Assembly: GCA_038087875.1 (NCBI GenBank)
Contig: CM075988.1
Location: forward strand, 4,526,001-4,590,000
Length of the DNA stretch: 64,000 bases
Source of the DNA: Malacoraja senta
Taxonomy: Eukaryota
Direction: 5' to 3'
Shown here: in pieces, positions 1 to 12,464 of the stretch
Numbering within the stretch: position 1 is the first letter of the stretch
Layout: each line of letters opens with the position of its first letter
Notes under the pieces: model-generated
Told to the model about the DNA's origin: nothing
Database searches by the model: none
The model's input: only the letters and a program-made list of their open reading frames with translations
Program-made: the position numbers and the translations under genes

Positions 1-354
1 AAAGAGACCTGTTAGGAGCATGATTAAGTTCAGCATTCAGTGTCTCGTCACCAGGATTTTGAGCATTTAATGGGAATTCACTTGTTTCCTGATATTCTTC
101 CAAACACCCGTTCGACAGCTCTTCCAACACACCCACATTGCCACATCCCTGTCACTTACAGCGATGTGTTCTCTTCACCTAGTTTGTCTCACTTTCACAC
201 TGAAACTGTCTCCCACATTCTTGCACATTCATTCCCTGATCAACTGTTGTTTTTACATGTTCTTGAAAACTCTAGTTTCTTCAATTAACTATCAGTGATC
301 CGCGTACAGTACAAGGCCACCTTCTAGGTCCTTCTAAATATTGTCATTTTCTGG

Positions 355-690
355 CTCAGTGGCACAGTGGTAAAGTTGCCTTACCGCACCAGAAACCTGG
401 ATTCGATCCTGACTACAGGTGTTGTCTGTATGGAGTTTGTATATTCTCCCCATGACCTCCGTGGATTTGGAAACAGGCCCTTTATCCCACCGAGTCTGGG
501 CCGACCAGCGATCCCCATACACAAATAGTATCCTACATACTCGGGACAATTTACAATTTTTACCGAAGCTAACTAACCTACAAATATGTATGTCTTTGGT
601 GTGTGGGAGGAAACCGGAGCACCTGGAGAAAACCCACGTGGTCACGGGGAGAACGTACAAGCTCCATACGCCATTGTGCCACCCACTGTA
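355..690. mobile_element. Two fused, oppositely oriented HE1-like V-SINE fragments
   Basis: tRNA-like head (gtggcacagtggtaaag...gattcgatcc) and V-domain start on + (355-468), then tail and V-domain on - (470-690). Confidence 0.8.
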
Positions 691-854
691 GATGGTGATC
701 AGCATGGATTCTGGTGGCACCTACAAATTACACCCATCCCACCCCAAATTGGCCTGTCCTTCCTGCAATCTGATCTCCATACATCAACCAAGCTGCATCC
801 CATGCCAATGTGTTGTCCACAATACTGTGTGCTCTAGCTGGGTCTCATGATCAG

Positions 855-1222
855 TCTGTGTCTGAAGAAGGGTCCCAGCCTGAAAAGTCACCTATCCATG
901 TTCTCCAGAGATGCTGCTGTCCCACTGAGTAACTCCACTGAGTAACTCCAGCAAATAACTATGGATGCTAACATTCTGATGCAGTGTCGCTGACCTGAGA
1001 TGTTAGTTTCTCCAGCATTTTTGTCGGCCTGAGATGTTAACTCTTTTATCCTCTGCACAATAACTGCAATGGGGTGGAGGTGAATCGGACATCAGTCTGA
1101 AGAAAGGTCTAGACCCGAAATGTCACCCATTTCTTCTATCCAGAGATGCTGCCTGTCCCGCTGATTTACTCCAGCATTTTATGTCTATCTTCGGTTGAAA
1201 CCAGCATCTGCAGTTCCTTCCT
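855..1222 (+). mobile_element. Two Penelope-like pseudo-LTR fragments with hammerhead-like core
   Basis: ctgaagaa...gaaa.gtcacc...ccagagatgctgc motif at 862 and 1097; same sequence follows the GIY-YIG ORF at 26650. Confidence 0.75.
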
Positions 1223-1647
1223 ACTCATGAATCGGACAGTACTCCAGCTTCTGGACAGACCATTCAGAAGCCTGATAACAGAGGGGAAGTAGCCGTTCTG
1301 GGTCCCTTTCATTTCAGAGAATGTTATTTTTATGTTTTTCCCAATATAATACAATTATCCTTGTTTTTCATTGACATTTACTGGTTTTATATTGAACCTA
1401 GCCTTGTGTTGTGATCATTGTTTCCAAATTATTCTGTTCTCACATCTGTCATCTTCTACATTTTATTCCCCAGATCAACTCGAGCCACATGTGTTTTATT
1501 GCTGTGTAACATCAGAACGTTATTAATGATTCTAATTCTCCAATTTTGTTCTGAATGGTTCGTGAGTTCACTTATGTCCTATCAGTTTGGGTCCCAATCT
1601 TTTCAAAACATAATATTTATGTTCCAACTGATGTGTCTCATCGTGTG

Positions 1648-1858
1648 CAGGAAGGAACTGCAGATGCTGGTTTTAACCGAAGATCGACACAAAATGCTGG
1701 AGTAACTCAACGGGACAGGCAGCATCTCTGGAGAGAAGGGACGGGTGGTGTTTCAGGTCGATGTCTGAAGAAGGGTTTCAACCCGAAACGTCACCAGTTC
1801 CTTCTCGCCAGAGATGCTGCCTGTCCCGCTGAGTTACTCCAGCGTTTTGGGTCTATCT
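1648..1858. mobile_element. Palindromic (inverted-arm) element made of PLE pseudo-LTR
   Basis: ctggagtaactca.cgggacaggcagcatctctgg on left is the reverse complement of ccagagatgctgcctgtcccgctgagttactccag on right. Confidence 0.85.
1765..1792 (+). ncRNA. Minimal type I hammerhead ribozyme-like core
   Basis: CUGAAGA-A-GGGU(UUCA)ACCC-GAAA-CGUC. Confidence 0.6.
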
Positions 1859-2134
1859 GATGTGGCTCATCAAACGGATGAGTAAGAAAGAGAGTGGAAT
1901 AGCAGACACCGGAAATGCATGGCATGAGGAGAAACTAATGACAACCATTACTGTGTATGATCATGAGGAGATTTTTCACACAGAGGTTGGTGAGTGTATG
2001 AAATGGGTTGCAAAAGGAGGTAGTTGAGGCAGGTACTATCACAAAATTTATAAGGCATTTGAATAGGTACATGGATAGGAAAGATTAGAGAGATATGGGT
2101 CAAACGCAGGCAGGTGGGAACAGTGTACTTGGGG

Positions 2135-3070
2135 TATGGACATAGAGAGCTGGAGCAACTCAACGGGTCAGATCGCATCTCTGGTGAAAAGAAATAGGTG
2201 ATGTTTTGGGTCAAGATCCTTCTTCAGACTGAGAGTCAGGAGAAAGGGAAACTATAGATATAGATGGTGATATAGTGAGATATTGAGCAAATGAATGAAA
2301 GATATGCAGAGAAGTAATACTGATAAAGGGAACAGGGCATTGTTAGGTGTGGGCTAGGTGAAAACGAATAATAGACAATGAGACTCAACAAGGCGGCTTT
2401 GAAGCTGGTATAAGGACTTGGGTGGGAGAGGAACGGATAGAGAGGAAACACAAGGGTTACTTGAAGTTAGAGAAATCCATACCGCTGGGTTGCAGAGTGA
2501 AGTCTGACTATTGATGTGTGATAGATACAGAAAGCTGGAGTAACTCAGTGGGTCAGGCAGCATCTCTGGTGAAAAGGAATAGGTGACGTTTCGGGTCGAG
2601 ACCCTTCTTCAGACCGAGGGAAAGATGAGATTAAGAAGGTACATTGGACAAATGAATGAACGATACGCAAAAAGCAACGAAGATCAAGGGAATGTGGAGC
2701 CCACAATGGTCCATTGTTGGCTGTGGGGAAGGTGATAATGAGTGATACAAACAGAGTAACGCAGCAGGACAACAGTGACACTAGAATGATGGCTGCAGTG
2801 GGTGAGGGACGAAGAGAGAGGGGATGCCAGGGCTACTTGAAGTTAGAGAAAATGTTCATTGCACTGGGGTGTATGCAGCCCAAGTGAAATATGAGCTGCT
2901 GTTCCTACAATTTGCGTTGGGCCTCACTCTGGCCTTGGAGGAGGCCCAAGACAGAAAGGTCAGTATGGGAATGGGAGGGGGAGTTAAAGTTTGGCAACTG
3001 GGAGATCGCGTAGGCCAAGGCGGACTGAGCGAAGGTGTTCAGGTAAAATGATCACCCAGCCTGCGCTTTT
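2135..3070 (-). mobile_element. Penelope-like element 3' region with tandem pseudo-LTRs
   Basis: Reverse strand of GIY-YIG C-terminus (DLSVLGLL..SEA..KL.EQ.LIF) at 2840-3070 and two pLTR copies (2135-2490, 2520-2850). Confidence 0.8.
2585..2612 (-). ncRNA. Minimal type I hammerhead ribozyme-like core (best copy)
   Basis: Reverse complement reads ggu-CUGAAGA-A-GGGU(CUCG)ACCC-GAAA-CGUC-acc; 3-bp helix I, 4-bp helix II, palindromic ACGU helix III. Confidence 0.65.
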
Positions 3071-3307
3071 CCATGAAGCTGTGTCTGTAACTGAGTCAGT
3101 TTGCATTTTACTCCATCTCAGTTGAAGAGATTATAAATTAATGCAAATCTGTGCAGGCCAACCAAAGGAAAAAAAATAATAATAAATGGCAATGCCCATT
3201 GCATTCAGTGTCTAAATGGTGCAGTCACATCTTGTTAAGACATTGACAGCCATGACTGAGCTCATGCCATTTGATGTCTATTCACCATCACTCCGCGATT
3301 TTATCCC

Positions 3308-3900
3308 TTTGGGAGACATGGTTTTGCAAGTTTGAAGAGACAATGACGGGGTTCGGAATCACAGATAACACGTAAGAGAAAGCACTCCCTTACATTATGG
3401 AGGTGATGAGCCACAGGGTATTCTTGAAACATTGTCACCTGCAGCACAGGAGCTGAAGCAACGGTACACTCACTCCCCAGCAGACTGCAAGATATGAGGC
3501 TACGTGTAAAGTTGCACTGGGCAAAGGGCACGAGGAAAACATTGACATACACGGCACACATCTGTGATGACACTGCGAGATCTGACTTCCCTGAACTTGA
3601 GCAAGAACTGAAACTGCGGTTCATTGAAGAAATCATGTCAAAACAATCCCAGCAGAAAGCCCTTGAAAAGATTATCAAACTGTGCCAGCTGCTCACGTTG
3701 GAGAGATCATTGTCATTTTCAAAGAGGAGCGCAGTTGAGGTAGAAAGACCGCAAGACACTGCTGTGAAGAGGATCAGAGGAGAAATTAAACACAGGAGGT
3801 GTTGACTGTGAACAATTGTCAGCATCACCTGTAGAACAGGCTGATCCCTGCTTTGAGCTCCATTGCCAGCTGCAATCAAATCAAAAAATCAACAGCAGAG
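3308..3900 (+). pseudogene. Decayed Ty3/Gypsy-type gag fragment
   Basis: WETWFCKFEETMTGFGITDNT*EKAL/LHYGGDEPQGILETL then DFPELEQELKLRFIE...KALEK...LTLE, matching Gypsy gag N-terminal pattern; stop and frameshifts. Confidence 0.6.
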
Positions 3901-4014
3901 GAAAAGACTGGAAGTCACCGATCTGCAGTTCACCTGGTGGTGGATCTAACGGGCTGTGGAGACCGAGTCCCCGAGTGTATTCAACACAGGGATTGATACT
4001 GAAGAGCTTCTGAC

Positions 4015-4170
4015 TTCTTTAGTCAGAGGGTGGTGAATCTGCAGAATTGTTTACCACAGAAGGGATGGAGGCCAAGTCAATGGGTATTTTTAAGGCAGAG
4101 ATACTGAAGTTAGATTCTTGATTAGTACAGGGGTCAGAGGTTATGGGGCAAAGGCAGGAGACTGGGGTTC
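4015..4170 (+). mobile_element. CR1 LINE 3' fragment
   Basis: ttctttagtcagagggtggtgaatctg (FFSQRVVNL) and downstream CR1 3' sequence. Confidence 0.75.
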
Positions 4171-4174
4171 AATG

Positions 4175-4400
4175 TTTAGTTTAGTTTAGTTTAGTGCAGG
4201 TTAGAGATACAGCGTGGAATCAGGCCCCTTGGCCCACCGGGTCTGTGCCGACCAGCAATCCCCGCATATTAACACTATTCTACACACATTAGCAAGGTTT
4301 TTTTACATTTACCTAGCCAATTAACCTACAAACCTGTACGTCTTTGAAGTGTGGGAAGGAACGGAAGATCTCAGAAAAAATCCACGTGGTCACGGCGCGA
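4175..4400 (-). mobile_element. HE1-like V-SINE (partial)
   Basis: (TTTAG)n tail then agagatacagcgtggaa..ggccc..., V-domain. Confidence 0.8.
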
Positions 4401-5701
4401 ACGGCCAAACGTTTTAAGACCTCCAGCGTATTTACTTCTGTGACATGGGCTCTGTCAAAGAGATCACCATTAGCTTCTGAGAGTTAACTGCCTGAGTGAT
4501 CAATCCAAAGTGAATAAATCCTCACATCTGGAACAGGTGGGCTCTGTGTAGGAGTTTACAGTAAAAGATGCATGAACAAGTGAATTAAGCTTGTCTGTCT
4601 CTGTATGGAGTTGTTAATGGCAAGGCTGTTAGAGGGATCGAACCCGGGTCTCTGGCGCTGCAAGCGCTGTAAGGCAGCAACTATATTGCTGCGCCACCGT
4701 GCCGCCCACTAATTTGGCTGAGGGGTGGCAATACTTTTCTGATTTGTATGCAAAAAAAAACCATTTCACTGTATGTCTGTGGATGCGATCATTAATAATC
4801 ATTGAACCATTGAATTTTAGCATTGACAAACTTCATTCCTCCTGGTACAATACGTTTCAGTGTTTCTGGCCTTTGGCACCTGCCAGGCTTTTCACCTAAT
4901 AAAGTTTGAGGGAACTTCTGATCAGACAAGAAGAGAGTACTCCTTGCCATTTCTCTGCTCGACCCATCAATCACGGTGACGGACTTGTGGAAGTACCATC
5001 AAAAGTGCTCATAGCGATGTTCGATGTGACCCGAAAATAACGCTTGCTGCCAATATCTAGGATGCTTTGCATTTTATAAAACATAGGCCTAGTCACTGTT
5101 TGCTCTTGTGAGTGAATCCTGAGAATAATGTTTCATCCTCCTGAATCATCTTCTGTCTGCAGGGGATACCCAATACCTATCAAAAATGTTTTAAAAATCT
5201 GTGGCTGCTGGAAACACTAGAAATAAGCAGCTGGTCAGGTCACGTGCATGGAGTGAAAGTTCATAAGTTTATATTCATAAGTGATAGGAGCAGAATTAGG
5301 CCATTCAACCCATCACGTCTACTCTGCTATTCAATCATGGCTGATCTACCTCTCCCTCCTAACCCCATTCTCCTGCCTTCCCCCTATAACCCCCTGACAC
5401 CCCTACTAATTAAAGGGCCTGTCCCACTTTCACGACCTAATTCACTACTTTTTTACTCGTGGACATTTTTCATCAGGTTAGGAAAACGCCCCGACCTACT
5501 TGATGCCACGAGTACCTACGACTAGCATCACGACCTACCTACATAGAAACATAGAAACATAGAAAATAGGTGCAGGAGTAGGCCATTCGGCCCTTCGAGC
5601 CTGCACCGCCATTCAATATGATCATGGCTGATCATGGCTACGACCTCCAACGACCTCCTACGACCTCGTGATGACCATGCTGCGAGTAAGAGTCAAGGGC
5701 A

Positions 5702-8081
5702 ATAGACAATAGAAAATAGACAATAGACAATAGACAATAGACAATAGACAATAGACAATAGGTGCAGGAGCAGGCCATTTGGCCCTTCGAGCCAGCACCG
5801 CCATTCAATGTGATCATGGCTGATCATCCCCAATCAGTACCCCTTTCCTGCCTTCTCCCCATATCCCCTGACTCTGCTATTTTCAAGAGCCCTATCTAGG
5901 TCTCTCTTGAAAGCATCCAGAGAACCTGCCTCCACCGTCCTCTGAGGCAGAGAATTCCACAGACTCACCACTCTCTGTGAGAAAACGTGTTTCCTCGTAT
6001 CCGTTCTAAATGGCTTACTCCTTATTCTTAAACTGTGTCCCCTGGTTCTGGATTCCCCAACATCGGGAACATTTTTCCTGCATCTAGCTTCTCCAGTCCT
6101 TTTATAATTTTATATGTTTCTATAAGATCCCCCCTCATCCATCTAAACTCCAGTGAATACAAACCTAGTCTTTCCTCATATGACAGTCCCGCCATCCCAG
6201 GAATCAATCTCGTGAACCTACGCTGCACTGCCTCAATCAGAAGGATGTCCTTCCTCAAATTAGGAGACCAAAACTGTACACAATACTCCAGATGTGGTCT
6301 CACCAGAGCCCTATACAACTGCAGAAGAACCTCTTTACTCCTCTACTGAAATCCTCTTGCTATGAAGGCCAACATTCCATTAGCTTTCTTCACTGCCTGC
6401 TGTACCTGCACGCCAACTTTCAGTGACTTACTACAAGCCAACTACAAGGACGCCCAGGTCTTGCTGTACCTCCCCCTTGCCTAACCTAACCCCATTGAGA
6501 TAATAATCTGCCCCCTTGTTTTTGCGGCCAAAGTGGATAACCTCACATTTATCTATATAATCCTGCATCTGCCACGCATCTGTCCACTCACTCAACCTGT
6601 CCAGGTCACCCTGCAACCTCCCAACATCCTCTTCGCAGTTCACACTGCCACCCAGCTTTGTGTCATCCGCAAACTTGCTAGTGTTGCTCCTAATTCCCTC
6701 CTCCAAATCATTAATATATATGGTAAACAGTTGCGGCCCCAACACCGAGCCTTGCGGCACTCCACTCGCCACTGCCTGCCATTCTGAAAAGGACCCGTTC
6801 ACTCCTATTCTTTGCTTCCGGTCTGCCAACCAATTTTCTATCCATGTCAACACCCTACCCCCAATACCATGTGCTCTAATTTTAGTCACCAGTCTCCCAT
6901 CCGGGACCTCATCAAAGGCTTTCTGAACGTCTAGATACGCTACATCCACTGACACCCCGTCATCCATTTTATTTGTCACATCCTCAAAAAATTCCAGAAG
7001 ATTAGTCAAGCATGATTTCCCTTTCATAAATCCATGTTGACTTGGACTAATCCTTTTACTGCTATCCAAATGCCCCATTATTACCTCTTTAATAATTGAC
7101 TCCAGCATCTTTCCCACCACCAAAGTCAGGCTAACTGGTCTGTAATTCCCCGTTTTCTCTCTCACTCCTTTCTTGAAAAGTGGGATAACATTAGCTATCC
7201 TCCAATCCACAGGAACTGATCATGAACTTATTGAACATAGGAAAATGATCACCAATGCGTCCACTATTTCTAGAGCCACCTCCCTGAGGACCCTGGGATG
7301 CAAACCATCAGGCCCAGGGGATTTATCATCCTTCAGTCCCATTAGCCTACCCAATACTATTTCTCGCCTAATGAAAATTTATTTCAGTTCCTCTACCCCC
7401 TTAGATCTTCTGTCCTCCAGTACATCTGGGAGATTGTTTGTGTCTTCCTTAGTGAAGACAGATCCGAAGTACCTATTCGACTCTTCTGCCATTTCCTAGT
7501 TGCCCATAATAATTTCACCCGTGTCTGCATTCAAGAGACCCACATTTGACTTTGATATTCTTTTTCCCTTAACATATCTATAGAAGCTTTTACTGTCCTT
7601 CTTTATATTCATGGCCAGCTTCCCCTCGTACTTCCCGTATTGCTCGTTTTGTTTCCTTCTGTTGTCCTATGAAAGTTTTCCAATCCTCTGGTTTCCGGCT
7701 ACTCTTTGCTGTGTTATACATCTTTTCTTTTAGTTTTATTCTATCCCTAACTTCTCTTGTCAGCCACGGTTGCCTCCTACTCCCCTTAAAATCTTTCTTC
7801 CTTTTTGGAATGAAATGATCCTGCATCTTCCACATTATTCCCAGAAATTCCTGCCATTGCCGTTCCACCGCCATTCCTGCTAGGATCCCTTTCCAGTCTA
7901 CCTTGGCCAGCTCCCCTCTCATGCCTTCATAGTTCCCTTTGTTCAACTGCATCACTGACACTTCCGATTTAACCTTCTCCTTCTCAAATTTCAGATTAAA
8001 ACTAATCATATTATGATCACTACCTCCAAGCGGTTCCTTTACCTCGAGTTCTCTTATCATATCTGGTTCATTGGACAACAC
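5702..8081 (-). mobile_element. CR1 (HER1-like) LINE, 5'-truncated: end of EN, RT, 3' UTR, (CTATTGT)n tail
   Basis: ORFs with NYRPVSLT, QHGF, GVPQGSVLGP, KFADDTKLGG, YRALVRPHLEYCVQFWSP; tandem gacaata tail 5702-5761. Confidence 0.95.
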
Positions 8082-8740
8082 TAAATAGCACTAAATCCCT
8101 CAATAGCAAGAATGTCCTTCCTCAAATTAGGGGACCAAAACTGCACACAAAACTCCAGGTGTGGTCTCACTAGGGATCTGTACAACTGCAGAAGTACCTC
8201 TTTGCTCCTATATTCGATTCCTCTTGATATAAAGTCCAACATGCCATTCGCTTTCTTCACTGCCTGCTGTACCTGCATGCTTACGTTCATAGACTGATGA
8301 ACAAGGACCCCCAGATCCCATTGTACTTCTCCTTTCCCAACTTGACGCCATTTAGATAGTAATCTGCCTTCCTGTTTTTGCTACCAAAGTGGATAACCTC
8401 ACATTTATCCGCATTAAACTTCATCTCCCATGCATCTGCCCACTCCCCCAACCTGTCCAAGTCACCCTGCATTCTCATAGCATCCTCCTCACAGTTCACA
8501 CTGCCACCCAGCTTTGTGTCATCTGTAAATTTGCTAATGTTACTTTGAATCCCTTCATCCAAATCATTGATGTATATTGTAAATAGCTGCGGTCCCAGCA
8601 TCGAGCCTTGCGGTACCCCACGTCATTGCCTGCCATTCTGAAAGGGACCCGTTAATCCCTACTCTTTGTTTCCTGTCTGCCAACCACTTCTCTATCCATG
8701 GCAGCACTCTACACCAATACCATGTGCCCTAATTTTGCCA
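8082..8740 (-). mobile_element. Second CR1 RT fragment without 3' tail
   Basis: LGPQLFTIYINDLD...KFTDDTKLGG...RPHLEFCVQFWSP. Confidence 0.9.
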
Positions 8741-9346
8741 ACTCGGCAGAGTTCGTAAATTAGGTCGTGAAAGTGGGACAGGCCCTTAAGAATCTATCTC
8801 CATCTGATGTCCTTCACACCCATCTGTGGCAATGAATTCCACAGATTCACCGCCCACAGATTGAGCTAATTTCTCAGGGTTAAGACCCAAAATAGAAATA
8901 TTCTGACTCCATTGCACAATAATCCTCATTTTAACATGATGTTGATTCTTTCTTCAGACAGGTTATTGTCTTGATTCTAAAATGTTGACTCAAATGTGTT
9001 TTCATACATAACCACCCCAATATAACACGGTTACATGAGTCAGAGAGAGCATTAATAGAATCTTGGATGAATTTTCAAATCTATCAGTGAGGCCGAAATA
9101 GATTTTAGCTGTAATGTGATTTATTAGCTTTGGTATTATATTTGTAGTTTAGGAGGCAGTAAAATATTACAGTTGATGTTAGGAATATACAAAGAGGTAA
9201 GAATCATTTCTTCAATATGAGCAGTTCTATATAATGCTTTAACTTTTCCAGTATTCTTCCTTGAATTCTGAATTGAATCTTTAAATTTCTGAGAAAATCA
9301 ATGTAGCTTATTTGCAGAAGGAACATGAGGTTAAAGGGAATGACTG

Positions 9347-9612
9347 TTTCTTCCCAGCTGTTATTAGGCAACTGACCCATTCTATCACCAACTATTGAGC
9401 AATCATGAGCTACCATCTACCTGAATGGAGACACTCAGACTATCTTTAAACGGATGTTACTGGACTTTATTTTGCACTAAACTTTATCCTGTATCTGTAC
9501 ACACTGGTTGGCCTTATTGTCATTATGTACAGTCTGTTCAAAGACTGGATAGTATGCAACAAAAAGGTTTTTTCACTGTACATGTGTCAATAAACTAAAC
9601 TAAACAAAACGA
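9347..9612 (+). mobile_element. Rex1/Babar-like LINE 3' end
   Basis: ttcttcccagctgttattaggcaactga (FFPAVIRQL) plus UTR; related copies at 15420-15670 (-) and 31460-31762 (+). Confidence 0.6.
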
Positions 9613-9647
9613 AACAACATGCAATTAATTAATCCCTTTGAATTTTG

Positions 9648-9945
9648 CGGCACAGTGGCACAGCGGTGGAGTTGCTGACAGTGCCAGAGACCTGTTTCAG
9701 TCCTGATTACGGGTGCTATCTGTACAGAGGATGCACGGTCTCCCTGAGACCACGTGGGTTTTCTCCAGGTGCTCCAGTTTCCTCCCACATTGCAGGTTTG
9801 TAGGTTAATTGACTCCCGTAAATTGTCCCGTGTGTGGGAAGTTACTGGTGCATGGTGATTGCTGGTCAGTGAGGACTCTGTGGGCTGAGGGCTTGTTTCC
9901 ATGCTGCATCTCTAAACTAAACTAAACTAAACTAAACTAAACTAA
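9648..9945 (+). mobile_element. HE1-like V-SINE, full length
   Basis: tRNA-like head, V-domain, CR1-like tail gggcttgtttccatgctg, (CTAAA)n. Confidence 0.9.
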
Positions 9946-9983
9946 CCATGCCTTATACTGTCTGTTATTGTTTGTAGTCTTTA

Positions 9984-10674
9984 AGGGCCTGTCCCACTTA
10001 CACGTCCTTGGCTCGCAAATTACGCGACTTCGTGGTCGCTTGAGGCGTACGGGCACCGTATGGCCGCGCGAGGCCGGTCCCACTTAGAAGCGTGGAGGGG
10101 TATGGAGTTGTGCGCGGCTGGTCCCGACATCGCGCGGGGTTCCAAATTTCTTGCAGTGAACAAAATCTTTGCACGCCAACGGCCTGTCACGGAACTGACG
10201 GCCAAAGTGGGACAGGCCCAAGACCCTGGCGCGACGCAATGTCTCACCTCCAACAGCAGCAGAAGCAGGCAAACGATCGCCGAACTCGGCCTGGGGCTCA
10301 CGGCCGTTGTGGTCCGGATCCGCTTCCACTTCTACTCCCAGAGCGGGGCCAAGAAAATTGAAGATAGACACAAAATGCTGGAGTAACTCAGCGGGACCGG
10401 CAGCATCTCTGGAGAGAAGCAATGGGTGACGTTTCGGGTCGAGACCCTTCTTTTCAGACTGAAGAAGTCTCGACACGAAACATCACCCATTCCTTCTCTC
10501 CAGAGATGCTGCCAGTCCCGCTGAGTTACTCCAGCTTTGTGTCCATCTTCAAATGACATCACGCGCTCCAGACAGCTGTGCGTATGCATGTAATCGCGCT
10601 CGACCGTCTCGGCTCAACGCGACCACGAGGTCGCGTAATTTGCGTGCCAAGGACACGTAAGTGGGACAGGCCCT
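9984..10674. mobile_element. PIF/Harbinger-type MITE with nested palindromic PLE element (10357-10552)
   Basis: TIR agggcctgtcccacttac / gtaagtgggacaggccct with long imperfect subterminal IR; TTA TSD. Confidence 0.85.
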
Positions 10675-11156
10675 TTAACTCTTGCATAAATGTATGAGGT
10701 GAAAAAATCAGGCATTTGCTACATGGTGAAGAAGGGAACAAATCTTGTGGATATTGTGGAACAAACTAGATGATGCTGAGCTGCATCAGAAAATAACTGA
10801 AGAAGATGAATTCAACATCTCTGTGATACTTGGCCAAGGCAGCCCAGCAGGGAGGAGTGGAATACATTTAAGATGAAGGGAGGCAGAGGCAAGAATCTCT
10901 TCCATAAAGCGAACTCTGCTCCTGGCTGAGTACATCACCATCTCGACAGATGATTGTCCAGTTGACATATTCCTGTTTACTAATGGCTTCAGTGACTTTT
11001 CAGGTAAAAGAATTTGCACAATCTCTCGAATCACTTTTTTTTGCATTTGTTTAACTTGATTTGTTTAAACCGGTGCTCCTCGAGCCCGTCGGTCTTCACT
11101 GCAAAGAAGGGCTCATCACCGATAAACATTTAGTTTAGTTCGGTTTAGTTTAGATC

Positions 11157-12455
11157 ACTTTTGTCAAAGCTGGAGAGAAGCCTCGAGCACAACCAAAAAC
11201 AAGGACAGGCCTCCTCTACACAGCCACTTACTGGCAGCTGCACGTCGATCTGGGCAAACAGCTGAAATGTCCACAGCACATCACAGCAACATCACTCCGG
11301 CCAGACATGATCATCACCTCCAAAGTAACAAAACAGCTGGCAGTGCCCTGGGAAGAGCGTATTGAAGAGGCTAACAAGAGGATGCGCAAAGAAAGACTAT
11401 TTCTCCGAGTCGCGTCCTCGTCCCCCTCCTCGCAGCCTACCACCTGGATCGGAGCGGCCTTTCCTGCCGGGGTCCGGGAATCGGACCAGAGCTTCAACAG
11501 CGGCGGCGCAGCGCCGCTGGATTCACCGCGGAGCGGGCGATGCCAACCTGGGTCCCCGTTTGGTGCTCCGGAGCGTTGGGCCGCTGCTCCAACATCGCCT
11601 AGCTGTGGGCTGGGAGAGATTCCAATGCGGGCAGCGCTGAACAACATCGTGGAGTCCTGGGGCCCTTTGCCAACGGCCGCCAGCGTTGCATCTCCGCCCA
11701 GCGCGGCCAGCGGACTTTGGGAGCCGTGGACTCCGGTAGGAGGTGGCCGACTCGGATGTCCAGGCCGCTGAGGAGGTCCCCCAGTCCCGACGTCGGACTT
11801 ACATCACCCCGGCGAGCGGGCCTGAACATCGGGCCGCCCGTAGCGGCAAATGCGGAGGGCTCGGGGAGGCCCCGATGACGGGTGAACAGTGGGGAACATT
11901 AGAGGAAGAGGACGGACTTTGGTGCCTTCCCTCACAGTGGGAAACTTTGATTCTGCTGTGTGGGGATGTTTTATGTTGAATTCTATCAACTCTTGTTGTG
12001 TTCTTTATTTTGACTGTATGGCTGTATGGTGATTACATTTCACTGTGCCAACTGGCACATGTGACAAATAAATGTATCTTGTATCTTGTAAGTACCAGGA
12101 TAAGGTGGAGATGTGCCAGGACAGCGGCTGGAACACATACTATGAGCCCATAGAGGTGGGCTGTAGAGGCTTTGCAGGACACTCACTCTGCAAAGTCCTC
12201 AACCAGTTGGGCATTACGGGGCTGGCAAAGAAGAGGGCCATTCAATCCGCAAGCGAAGCCACAGAGAAAGCCACTAGGTGGCTTTGGATTAAGAGGGCTG
12301 ATCCGTGGGCGGTTGCTGCTGGGACGTAAGTCGGGGCCTGATCAACCCCGGCTGGGTCGACTGGGCGAGGGTGTCTGATGTTGTGAGGCCCGAAACACCC
12401 GATGATCCCGGGTCACATCAATGAGGATGCGTCCCAGCGCATCTAGAAGATGTAT
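11157..12455 (+). mobile_element. HERO-clade (restriction-like endonuclease) non-LTR retrotransposon 3' end, interrupted
   Basis: FVKAGEKP...LRPDMII...VPWEERIEEAN then KYQD...EPIEVGCRGFAG...ATRWLWIKR; structured 3' UTR gggtgtctgatg...gaaacaccc. Confidence 0.85.
11392..12089 (+). mobile_element. GC-rich non-autonomous retroposon inserted in HERO
   Basis: Interrupts HERO ORF; 3' stem-loop tgtgcca..tggcaca, AATAAA and (GTATCTT)n tail. Confidence 0.7.
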
Positions 12456-12464
12456 CTTTCACAC

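Larger units (their letters stand above)
5414..8786. mobile_element. PIF/Harbinger-type MITE containing nested CR1 insertions
   Basis: TIR agggcctgtcccactttcacgacctaatt / aattaggtcgtgaaagtgggacaggccct; TAA duplicated on both sides. Confidence 0.85.
5264..8860 (-). mobile_element. Short CR1 3' end (5264-5413 + 8787-8860) split by a MITE
   Basis: cccctactaat|taa ... taa|gaatctatct reconstitutes CR1 3' sequence seen elsewhere in the window. Confidence 0.7.

Noticed and set aside
3494..3805. Host exon (dynein-like helical peptide)
   Set aside because: Upstream disrupted frames fit Gypsy gag better; no splice signals
5702..5761. CRISPR-like or functional tandem array
   Set aside because: Spacerless 7-mer microsatellite forming the CR1 tail; same for (CTAAA)n, (ATCTGA)n, (AATC)n
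10786..11046. 86-aa ORF in unique sequence
   Set aside because: No recognisable homology or splice context in either strand
12369..12400. CTGATG...GAAA in HERO 3' UTR as a hammerhead
   Set aside because: Lacks the full CUGANGA box, a clear helix II and a cleavage triplet; better read as a simple stem-loop
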